From a virus (taxonomy: Duplodnaviria > Caudoviricetes): a stretch of DNA of 64,000 bases. This document shows positions 9,372 to 16,939 of the stretch, piece after piece; positions within the stretch are counted from its first letter, which is position 1; each line of letters begins with the position of its first letter. Location of the stretch: the IMG/VR virus record IMGVR_UViG_3300025389_001023, positions 50,542 to 114,541 of that record, one strand, 5' to 3'. Below the pieces are notes generated by a model. That model had not been told where the DNA came from, ran no database searches, and was given only the letters and a program-made list of their open reading frames with translations. Made by a program: the position numbers and the translations under genes.

Positions 9372-9800
9372 TTATTTACCTTTTTTTAAAAGTTCTTGTG
9401 CAATAACTTTTGCCCATTTTTCACAATCTTGTTCGGTAACATGAAAATCGTATTTATATGGTGGTACAAACATTTTATTGGTATCTTCAAATCTACCTTT
9501 ATTAATTGTATCTACCCAAATAGTAATATCGGCATTAAAAATTTCACGCATTTCAGGTAATGGGCAAACAAAATCAACAATAGCAAAGTCTGATTCTAAT
9601 ATATCTGCCTCATTGCGTAGGCGGTTGGCTTGTCTAATACGACCTTCAATACTAAAATCCCAATCATTATATTTTTCTCTAATACGGTCTGCATTGATCC
9701 AAACACATTTAGATTGTGGATATAATTGATTGTATAATGAGTCTGCTAGTTTTGTTTTACCGGCACCAGGTAAACCCATAATTAATATTCGTTGTGTCAT
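9372..9800 (-). CDS. adenylylsulfate kinase-like (CysC-like) P-loop kinase
   Basis: GLPGAGKT, NADRIR, DWDFSIEGRIRQA and DFVCP motifs. Confidence 0.7.
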   Translation of the reverse strand: MTQRILIMGLPGAGKTKLADSLYNQLYPQSKCVWINADRIREKYNDWDFSIEGRIRQANRLRNEADILESDFAIVDFVCPLPEMREIFNADITIWVDTINKGRFEDTNKMFVPPYKYDFHVTEQDCEKWAKVIAQELLKKGK

Positions 9801-10267
9801 TTTGGTTTTTTACTGTGTTCTGCATCATAAACACGTTTACGCAAATTAGTGCTACTAAAACTATGGTCACGACCGTTAAACACAATCTCAATACCACGTT
9901 TCCAACATGCCTCATCACCTGTAAATTGTTTACCTTCATACTCTACACCTAAAACACGAACATCAATTGGTAAGGTTAATAGAATGTCAATTAGGTCTTG
10001 CTCAGTTGAATACACAACAACTTCATCAACATAACGGCATGCTGCCAATTGAATTTGTCGTTCAACAATACTTTGAATAGGTTTGTTCTTAGTATCTGGT
10101 CTGTCAATAGTAGGGTCAGTTTGTAATCCTGCAATTAAATAATCACAATGATTCTTAGCGTCACTAAGCATTGCAACATGTCCTGCATGTAACATATCAA
10201 AGGTACTAAATGTAATACCTATTTTTTTACCATCTTGTTTAAGTTTACGAATGTGATTGAAAATCAT
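9797..10267 (-). CDS. cytidylyltransferase (TagD/RfaE-like)
   Basis: FDMLHAGH (HxGH), PIQSIVER and RDHSFSST motifs. Confidence 0.88.
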   Translation of the reverse strand: MIFNHIRKLKQDGKKIGITFSTFDMLHAGHVAMLSDAKNHCDYLIAGLQTDPTIDRPDTKNKPIQSIVERQIQLAACRYVDEVVVYSTEQDLIDILLTLPIDVRVLGVEYEGKQFTGDEACWKRGIEIVFNGRDHSFSSTNLRKRVYDAEHSKKPK

Positions 10268-10497
10268 TTTTTTAATATCCTTATAATTTTTTCTTGTTCC
10301 TGCTCTTTAAGCCACTGTTCTTCACCACTGTATGTAGATGACTTATTTAAGGCTTCATCAACCATCCATTTTATTTTATACAGTTCTTGTTTGCAGTCCC
10401 ATGCAATATAACTATCAGTATATATATCAAGTAATTCCCCGCACATGGCTTGTACTTGATTTGATACCTGTGGTCCCCAACGCCTCATATAACCCAT
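10264..10497 (-). CDS. hypothetical protein (start likely MGYMRR)
   Basis: the ATG directly follows the stop of the small ORF 10499-10666. Confidence 0.6.
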   Translation of the reverse strand: MGYMRRWGPQVSNQVQAMCGELLDIYTDSYIAWDCKQELYKIKWMVDEALNKSSTYSGEEQWLKEQEQEKIIRILKK

Positions 10498-10498
10498 A

Positions 10499-10666
10499 TT
10501 AGCCTTGCAATCTATTTTTACAATCGCAATTGCGACCTTGGTTGCAGTCTCCTGTACAAGCTGAAGTATATGTTGCGTTATACGCATTAATGAATACTGC
10601 TTTTAGTACATTAATAAAAGGATAGCTAAAATAACCTAGTGCAAAACTACAAATAAGCCATTCCAT
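10499..10666 (-). CDS. 55-aa membrane-anchored Cys-rich protein (not in the ORF track)
   Basis: translates as MEWLICSFALGYFSYPFINVLKAVFINAYNATYTSACTGDCNQGRNCDCKNRLQG and fills the gap after folE. Confidence 0.6.
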   Translation of the reverse strand: MEWLICSFALGYFSYPFINVLKAVFINAYNATYTSACTGDCNQGRNCDCKNRLQG

Positions 10667-10668
10667 AA

Positions 10669-11346
10669 TTATTTACCCATTCGTGCAATACTTAAGAATT
10701 CACTACGTGCCGCGGCATCTGTTTTGAATCCACCACCTAAACGAACAGTAACTGTACTACTACCTGTATCCTCAACACCACGTGACTTTACGCAATAATG
10801 TTGTGCATCAATCATTACTGCAACATCTTCAGTCTCCAGTATAAATTGGAGAGTGTGGAAGATTTGTTCGGTGAGTCGCTCTTGGATTTGAGGGCGCTTA
10901 CTGAAATACTCAACAATACGGTTAATTTTTGATAATCCGAGGACTTTCTGTTTAGGCACATATGCCACAGTAGCGAGACCATCAATGACAACAAAGTGAT
11001 GTTCGCAATTGCTTTGGACATTAACGTTGCGTTCAACGACCATTTCATTGTAACGCATCTTGTTATCGACAGTCGTACACTTTGGAAATGCATCATAATC
11101 TAATCCCCAGAAAATTTCGTTAACGTACATTTTAGCAACACGCTTGGGTGTTTCCATCAAGCTATCATCACTTAGGTCTAGACCTAATACTTGCATGATA
11201 TGGCTAAAACTTTTTTCGATTTCTGCAATTTTGTCTTTACGATCCAATGCAGTTTGAAATGTAGGAGTTTCTACTCCCATAGCTACCAAGTGCTGATGTA
11301 CTTTTTGACCTAACTCAGGGTCGGTTTTCGTTTTGTTATATGACAT
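10669..11346 (-). CDS. folE: GTP cyclohydrolase I
   Basis: ETPKRVAKMY, CEHHF, GLSKINR, RPQIQERLT and HYCVKSRGV motifs. Confidence 0.96.
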   Translation of the reverse strand: MSYNKTKTDPELGQKVHQHLVAMGVETPTFQTALDRKDKIAEIEKSFSHIMQVLGLDLSDDSLMETPKRVAKMYVNEIFWGLDYDAFPKCTTVDNKMRYNEMVVERNVNVQSNCEHHFVVIDGLATVAYVPKQKVLGLSKINRIVEYFSKRPQIQERLTEQIFHTLQFILETEDVAVMIDAQHYCVKSRGVEDTGSSTVTVRLGGGFKTDAAARSEFLSIARMGK

Positions 11347-11349
11347 ATG

Positions 11350-11415
11350 TATCCTTCCTTACACGGATGTTATTTTTGAAAAGTATGCAACCTTTGTGTC
11401 GCATACTTTTATTTA
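11350..11415 (-). promoter_or_regulatory. folE leader: TAAATA box, 13-bp hairpin, and a small hairpin over the RBS
   Basis: AAAAGTATGCGAC-ACAAAG-GTTGCATACTTTT, then ATCC-GTGTAAGGAA-GGAT. Confidence 0.5.
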
Positions 11416-11418
11416 TCA

Positions 11419-11958
11419 TTATGGCTTTGTACCACTAGGAAAAGGCCAATTACTATCTACTTCTGTTTTATCTGTTTCTTCATCAAGAAAAGGCCAGGCT
11501 GCAGGTTCATTTACTTTATCGTTAACGGTAAAAGTTGTTTCTATTGTTACTGAATCTTCTTCACCTTCAAACTCTTCACCAGTGTCTAGATTTACTAACT
11601 TAAGTGGACCTTGAAAAAAGTATTCTGTGTCATCTTGTGACCAGCCTTCTTCTTCAAGACCTTCGTAATAGTTTTCGTCCCAAATTTCTTCAAGACGTTC
11701 TTGTTCTTCTTCGTCCATGTCATCAGGCCATTCCCACTCAGCCCAACACCCATCATCTAATGATACCAACTCCCAATCACTATCTAACTCAAACTCATCA
11801 GGATTGTTTAAGTCAACATCAGGCATAGTGTCTGATTCTATAGTAAATGTGCCCCAGCGATAACCTTCAGTACGAATGGCAACTTGACCATCCTTATACC
11901 AAAATGATTTCTCAATCGCAGATTTTTTATATAAAGTGGATAGTTCCCAAGTTGCCAT
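11419..11958 (-). CDS. acidic hypothetical protein with two C-terminal WPF motifs
   Basis: 179 aa, very rich in D, E and W. Confidence 0.75.
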   Translation of the reverse strand: MATWELSTLYKKSAIEKSFWYKDGQVAIRTEGYRWGTFTIESDTMPDVDLNNPDEFELDSDWELVSLDDGCWAEWEWPDDMDEEEQERLEEIWDENYYEGLEEEGWSQDDTEYFFQGPLKLVNLDTGEEFEGEEDSVTIETTFTVNDKVNEPAAWPFLDEETDKTEVDSNWPFPSGTKP

Positions 11959-11960
11959 GA

Positions 11961-12155
11961 TTAATTGTCCAATTCTTTACTTAGATATTCATTGATAACA
12001 TCAAACAATTGTTCTTGTGAAGTACAAAGAATTTTACAATTCTTCCAATCGTTGTCATCATCACGACCACTAAACTCAACCATAAATCCGTTATCGTAAC
12101 GATTAACGGTGAATGATTCATTTACTTTTTCTAACTTGTCTAATTGATTTGCCAT
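11961..12155 (-). CDS. hypothetical protein
   Basis: 64-aa ORF with AGGAG RBS. Confidence 0.7.
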   Translation of the reverse strand: MANQLDKLEKVNESFTVNRYDNGFMVEFSGRDDDNDWKNCKILCTSQEQLFDVINEYLSKELDN

Positions 12156-12167
12156 TTCTATCTCCTA

Positions 12168-13346
12168 TTAAAATTTGGCTTCACGTGTATACTTCCTATA
12201 ATCGGTAGTCATGCGTAACATGTCTTCACCTTTCCCTTCAAGTATATCACAGATTCTATCGATAGTGCTATCATTACGGGCACTAATCTTACCCATGTTA
12301 GGGTGTGGTTTACGAATAAGTTTTTCTAACTTACTTAATGCATCTTCTAAAGACCAGGGTACATAAAGACGCTCATTGTCATTAGCAAAAGTTTCGGGAA
12401 AACTTCTATAAGCAGGATAAAGAACATTACACCCAAGAGTATCTGCCTCCGATGCTGTGTTACTGACCCAGTCCTGTAAAGCGCAATTAAACAGCAGGCG
12501 AGTGTTGTTAAGAAGATTGTAATAATCATTTTTTTCTAGGTCCTCATAGATAGTTAATAGTCCACGTTCTTGCAAACTTCTGGTACGTGCCATATAACTA
12601 TCATTGTTAGATTTTAGTTTACTACCACTAAAAATTGCAAACTCAAGTTTTTGTCCAGGATGACGTTCGTGCCATAATTCAATCAAGTCCATATAGAAGT
12701 CAGGTTGTTTTTCCTGATCCCAACGTGCGGCAAAACCCACACGAAATGTGCGCTCATTAAATGGTCTTAATGGACCTTCTACACGACTGCGAACTTCATC
12801 TTTACCAAATGCCAATCCGCTGATATTGTAAATTGGAGACCTCCAACCTGCAATTTTCATGTGCATTACCATTTCTTCGTTAGTAGCAAGTACACCGTCA
12901 ACAAATGAATCAACCATTTTTTCATAGTGACCCATGAATTCACTCATACCCCATACATGTACAAAATCATCCGGATCGATTGATTGAGCAAGACAGCGGA
13001 CATATATCCTAGGGCGCATATTAGCATCAATCTGATTAAGTATGTAAGGAAGACTTTCGATTCCTGGCTGAAACATGTCTTCAAAATATATAACATCATC
13101 ACTTGATAGTTCCCCTGCTTTCATCATTTTGATTAGATTCATTAGTTGCGACATACCGTAGTATGTACGACCATGTGCATCTAATACTTGCCCAGTAACG
13201 ATTGCTTGGTCATTACTTAGTGTTTCGCCAGGGACAATAACATAGTCAATATCCCTACGTTCAAATACAGTACGATTCCACTCTTGTAATTGTAGAGTGT
13301 ATCGTGCTTTATAAGGCTCAAGGCCCATGTAATATAATTTACGCAT
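12168..13346 (-). CDS. GT-B glycosyltransferase (resembles phage DNA glucosyltransferases)
   Basis: GFAARWDQEKQP, LQDWVSNTASEA and YPAYRSFPE motifs of a GT-B C-terminal domain. Confidence 0.75.
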   Translation of the reverse strand: MRKLYYMGLEPYKARYTLQLQEWNRTVFERRDIDYVIVPGETLSNDQAIVTGQVLDAHGRTYYGMSQLMNLIKMMKAGELSSDDVIYFEDMFQPGIESLPYILNQIDANMRPRIYVRCLAQSIDPDDFVHVWGMSEFMGHYEKMVDSFVDGVLATNEEMVMHMKIAGWRSPIYNISGLAFGKDEVRSRVEGPLRPFNERTFRVGFAARWDQEKQPDFYMDLIELWHERHPGQKLEFAIFSGSKLKSNNDSYMARTRSLQERGLLTIYEDLEKNDYYNLLNNTRLLFNCALQDWVSNTASEADTLGCNVLYPAYRSFPETFANDNERLYVPWSLEDALSKLEKLIRKPHPNMGKISARNDSTIDRICDILEGKGEDMLRMTTDYRKYTREAKF

Positions 13347-13555
13347 TATGGTCTACGATTCTCTTCCCACTGATTTTTTACAGGCTTGTCATTCATCAAT
13401 TTAGTATATTGACGATAGACATAGCTACGTGGGCTATACAATTCAGCCTCGTTATAACGATATCCGTACTCTACACAAAACTCTAGATATTTTTCTAGGT
13501 CGTTAAAGATTTGACGAACACGATTGTTGGAGTTAAATTGTTGTTGCTTTGCCAT
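13346..13555 (-). CDS. hypothetical protein
   Basis: 69-aa ORF with AAGGAA RBS. Confidence 0.7.
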   Translation of the reverse strand: MAKQQQFNSNNRVRQIFNDLEKYLEFCVEYGYRYNEAELYSPRSYVYRQYTKLMNDKPVKNQWEENRRP

Positions 13556-13566
13556 TATAATTTCCT

Positions 13567-14022
13567 TTAAATGGATAGTTGTTGATAAGGTTTTGTTAAA
13601 TTGTAATAAATTGTAGCACCGTTCTCACCGTCTTCTGAAACAGTAATCTCGATATTACGGTCGGGATATCTACTAGCAATGACTTCATAGAGGTCATCAC
13701 TAATCATTTCACAACTTTTGTAATTCAACTCTAAGATGCCTTGAGAGTATTGATTCTCAAGCCAACGTTTAAATTGAATAAACTCAATATCCCTGTCGTT
13801 GTGAAATACTTCAATCGCCACATTAAAGTGAAAGATGTGACGATGTGGAGTTCCTAAAAAGCTAACATCATACTCATCACCTGTTGCAAGTGCTGGGTCT
13901 GTTGCCGCCGCTGGATAGCAATGAATGCCTTCCTTTTGAAAAGTTACAAAAATCATACGCTTTGCTTCCTGTGCAATACGTTGACGTTTTTCAAATAATG
14001 CTAGTTGTACTTGGCTATCCAT
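13567..14022 (-). CDS. second QueD-like T-fold protein
   Basis: EGIH, PHRHIFH, DRDIEFI, SCEMI and VSEDGENG match the 6-PTPS/QueD layout. Confidence 0.7.
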   Translation of the reverse strand: MDSQVQLALFEKRQRIAQEAKRMIFVTFQKEGIHCYPAAATDPALATGDEYDVSFLGTPHRHIFHFNVAIEVFHNDRDIEFIQFKRWLENQYSQGILELNYKSCEMISDDLYEVIASRYPDRNIEITVSEDGENGATIYYNLTKPYQQLSI

Positions 14023-14023
14023 T

Positions 14024-14203
14024 TTAATAATCCCTATCTAAGTCTATTGATTCATGGTCATGTTCCCATTGAAGTTTACGCACACGTGATAATTCTTTCT
14101 GATATTTGACTTTTTCATCAACTAAAGATGTATCACCTTTCTCCATACGTTCTTCAATCAAACGTAAACTATCTTCTAAAAATGCAATTCGTTGTGAATA
14201 CAT
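14024..14203 (-). CDS. 59-aa coiled-coil hypothetical protein (not in the ORF track)
   Basis: MYSQRIAFLEDSLRLIEERMEKGD...QWEHDHESIDLDRDY; AGGAG RBS; fills the gap exactly. Confidence 0.7.
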   Translation of the reverse strand: MYSQRIAFLEDSLRLIEERMEKGDTSLVDEKVKYQKELSRVRKLQWEHDHESIDLDRDY

Positions 14204-14204
14204 A

Positions 14205-15758
14205 TCAATCTCCTAAAACTTCTAACATAATATCATCACTATCTTCAATAGTTTCTTCAACCTCAGATTGATTTTTAACTTCAAATAACTGGTCAAACAT
14301 AGTCATAGCATTAACTGTTTTTTTACCACTAATACCTTGACTGCCACTTTGAAATTGTTTCCAATAGTTACTATGATAGTCAATCAAATCTAATGACTCC
14401 TGTTTAGTTTTCTTTGAAAAAATCTCATCAACCAAATCTGTAAAGAACCTATCACCTTCAAATTTATGTACAATCATTTTGGGAACAACGCCTTGTTCAT
14501 ATCTACGATTAGCCTCTTGTACTGCACTAATGTGCTGGTATACGTTATGACTTTGCAATAGAGTGTAACTTAATGTGTCCCAACTTGTCTTAGTTTCTTT
14601 GCCGTGCTGACCAATAAAACCTTGACCACGATAACATAAATCTTTCATAAGCATTATATCAGTTACAGGACTATCTGTAAACAACTTATGGATACCGTCT
14701 TGCAAAACACCATCTCTAAACTTGCGTGTGTCATTTGCATAACTTTTTTTCTCAGCGGTCTTTTCCATACTGTATGACCATTTTTTGTCATGTTCAATAC
14801 TGTTATTGAAATATGCAAGACCTTTAGCCGCACTAAAGAATGGGCTTGCACAGTCAAATGTAATTTGAAGTTTTGGGTTATGATACTTACGTACAGCTTT
14901 TTGAATATCAGTAAACAATACTGCATACTCTAAAATACTTGTACCCAAACAATGAATCAAGTCATGCTTACCTTCTTGCAGTAAACCATCGTGAATAATA
15001 CCAACCAACCTCTTTAGCATCAAGTGAATGTCAATCTTGTTTTGTCCACCAAATGCCCAACCATTGAAATGATTGTCTGGATAGATATTTGGGTCACAAT
15101 ACTTTTTCATTTCCTCATACCAATCGTTACTTTGAGTATGATTGCGACCTTGCAATACATTTAAAAATTTGCAGTTGCCGTTACGATTATTAATAAAATA
15201 CTCATTATTAATATGTGTAGCGGCTATAGCCTCTTCAATAGTACTGATACCGTGGGCACTAGTTCCTGTTTTTGGGTCTTTGATGTGAAATGTAGTTAAT
15301 GATTGTGAAGGAATATCTAAACACATACCATAGTCCATGTATGTGTCCATCCAGTTCAATACAGCCTTGCGCTTTTTCATGGCACGAGGACAGTTGGGAT
15401 CCTTCCAGTCAGCAGGCCATTGACACTTAAGAATCTGAAACCCACCACTATCACCTAACATGAAAGTACCTTGTTCACGTTTGCGAATGATACTTTCGTT
15501 ATGGTCATCAACTGTTGTATCTAAATTAGCATGACCAGCAGAGTATAGTCCCCACTTATAATAGTATAGACCTTCTTTGCTATTAAGAAAGTTTAGTTTT
15601 TCAACATCACCATTAAATCCCGCGGGGATACGTGACTGTTCAAAATAATTTTCACCCTCACGTTGCTTACCTAAGCCAGCAATATAAAAACTACTGACTG
15701 CAGGTAAGAACAATGCCCAATCGTTACTGTGTGCCGCCGATAAATTAATTTGTTCCAA
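14205..15758 (-). CDS. TGT/DpdA-like guanine transglycosylase, probably acting on DNA
   Basis: GDSGGFQI, LDIP, VLQG, HCLG, FDCASP and HN motifs of the TGT fold; no CxCxxC; inside the folE/queD/queE cluster. Confidence 0.8.
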   Translation of the reverse strand: MEQINLSAAHSNDWALFLPAVSSFYIAGLGKQREGENYFEQSRIPAGFNGDVEKLNFLNSKEGLYYYKWGLYSAGHANLDTTVDDHNESIIRKREQGTFMLGDSGGFQILKCQWPADWKDPNCPRAMKKRKAVLNWMDTYMDYGMCLDIPSQSLTTFHIKDPKTGTSAHGISTIEEAIAATHINNEYFINNRNGNCKFLNVLQGRNHTQSNDWYEEMKKYCDPNIYPDNHFNGWAFGGQNKIDIHLMLKRLVGIIHDGLLQEGKHDLIHCLGTSILEYAVLFTDIQKAVRKYHNPKLQITFDCASPFFSAAKGLAYFNNSIEHDKKWSYSMEKTAEKKSYANDTRKFRDGVLQDGIHKLFTDSPVTDIMLMKDLCYRGQGFIGQHGKETKTSWDTLSYTLLQSHNVYQHISAVQEANRRYEQGVVPKMIVHKFEGDRFFTDLVDEIFSKKTKQESLDLIDYHSNYWKQFQSGSQGISGKKTVNAMTMFDQLFEVKNQSEVEETIEDSDDIMLEVLGD

Positions 15759-16128
15759 TTTTTTCTTCTTCTTTAATTAAGATTTTAACCATGTCAATTT
15801 TATTTTTATAGTTAGCTATATCATTATTCATTTGACTAACGATATCTTTGATAGTAGGATGCTTTTCACATAAACTTGCTAGTTCATTTTCTTCTTGCAT
15901 CTTTTTCTCAGCCCACTTAAGTATAGTAATAGCATTTGCTGATAGATTAACTTGGGCACTACCCCCACCAACAGTCATCCAACTACTACCATCAAAGACT
16001 TTCATACTTTGACTAGGACCATCAAATGCCATCATGCCAGTAATGGGATTAGTAGTATTGATATAAGGAGTCGCCCCCTTATTACTAGTCACTTGCATGA
16101 ACTCGCCACCGTATACGTAGTCAATCAT
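15745..16128 (-). CDS. hypothetical protein
   Basis: 127-aa ORF, coupled to its neighbours. Confidence 0.7.
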   Translation of the reverse strand: MIDYVYGGEFMQVTSNKGATPYINTTNPITGMMAFDGPSQSMKVFDGSSWMTVGGGSAQVNLSANAITILKWAEKKMQEENELASLCEKHPTIKDIVSQMNNDIANYKNKIDMVKILIKEEEKIGTN

Positions 16129-16856
16129 TTTGTATTTGCTGGAAGTAAATAAGTATAAACTGCAAGACCACTGTCAACTACAATCTCAGTTACACCTGCA
16201 TCACTAATGCGTACAGTTTTGTCGCCAACTAAATCTAAGATACTAATAAATTGTTTTACGGGCCATAACCATGGTTTACTTAGCGTACCTGTGACACCTG
16301 GATGAAACACAAAGTTACCACTATGTGTGCTTGGATCACCAAAGTAAATCTTTAAGTCACCGTTTTCAGTTTTAGCAAGAAAGTTTTCTTCTTCAGTATT
16401 AGCCTGTTGTTGTTTTTTCAAACGCAAGATATTTGTAACCATTGGTTGAAACTCTACGTTCCATGTAGTACCTTTAAAAGCTACATCTTTAACCTTCTCT
16501 AATACTACACTTTTAAGCATTAAACGATAGTCATTTACAAAGTCACCTGTATTTGTTTCAAAGTGAATTGTACTAGGAATGTCTTCGTTGTTTTTGTTGG
16601 TGCGAGTAACATTAATAATACTTGTATTATCATATTCCTCAAAACCAATAATAGTTTTTAACTTACCTAAGTTAGGCATACCAAACACACCAATAAAGTC
16701 AGCAATAGGACCCTTAAACGTACCACTGATGATAACGTTTTTGTTCTCAGTCATTGCATTGATTTTAGTTTCAGTATCAGTACCTGTAACTTTAATAAGT
16801 TCAATGTCACCTAGACCATATGTATGGTCAATTAAATCTTTTAAATAATCTTTCAT
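16125..16856 (-). CDS. probable DNA polymerase sliding clamp
   Basis: 243 aa; follows polB; alternating beta/alpha pattern and a C-terminal YTYLLPA strand; a clamp loader is encoded in the window. Confidence 0.55.
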   Translation of the reverse strand: MKDYLKDLIDHTYGLGDIELIKVTGTDTETKINAMTENKNVIISGTFKGPIADFIGVFGMPNLGKLKTIIGFEEYDNTSIINVTRTNKNNEDIPSTIHFETNTGDFVNDYRLMLKSVVLEKVKDVAFKGTTWNVEFQPMVTNILRLKKQQQANTEEENFLAKTENGDLKIYFGDPSTHSGNFVFHPGVTGTLSKPWLWPVKQFISILDLVGDKTVRISDAGVTEIVVDSGLAVYTYLLPANTK

Positions 16857-16880
16857 GTTTTTCCTTTAAGTATACTACTT

Positions 16881-16931
16881 TATTTAGGTAGTTATTATGT
16901 GTATTATGATGGAATATATTACACAAGTCAA
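16881..16931 (-). promoter_or_regulatory. tandem sigma70 promoter and late TAAATA box
   Basis: TTGACT-17 nt-CATAAT (16903-16931) and TAAATA (16881-16886). Confidence 0.6.
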
Positions 16932-16939
16932 GTATCAAT

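Noticed and set aside
14205-15758. Assigning the symbol tgt (tRNA queuosine pathway)
   Set aside because: It lacks the Zn-binding Cys triad, is longer than bacterial Tgt, and queA and queF are absent; the substrate cannot be determined from sequence.
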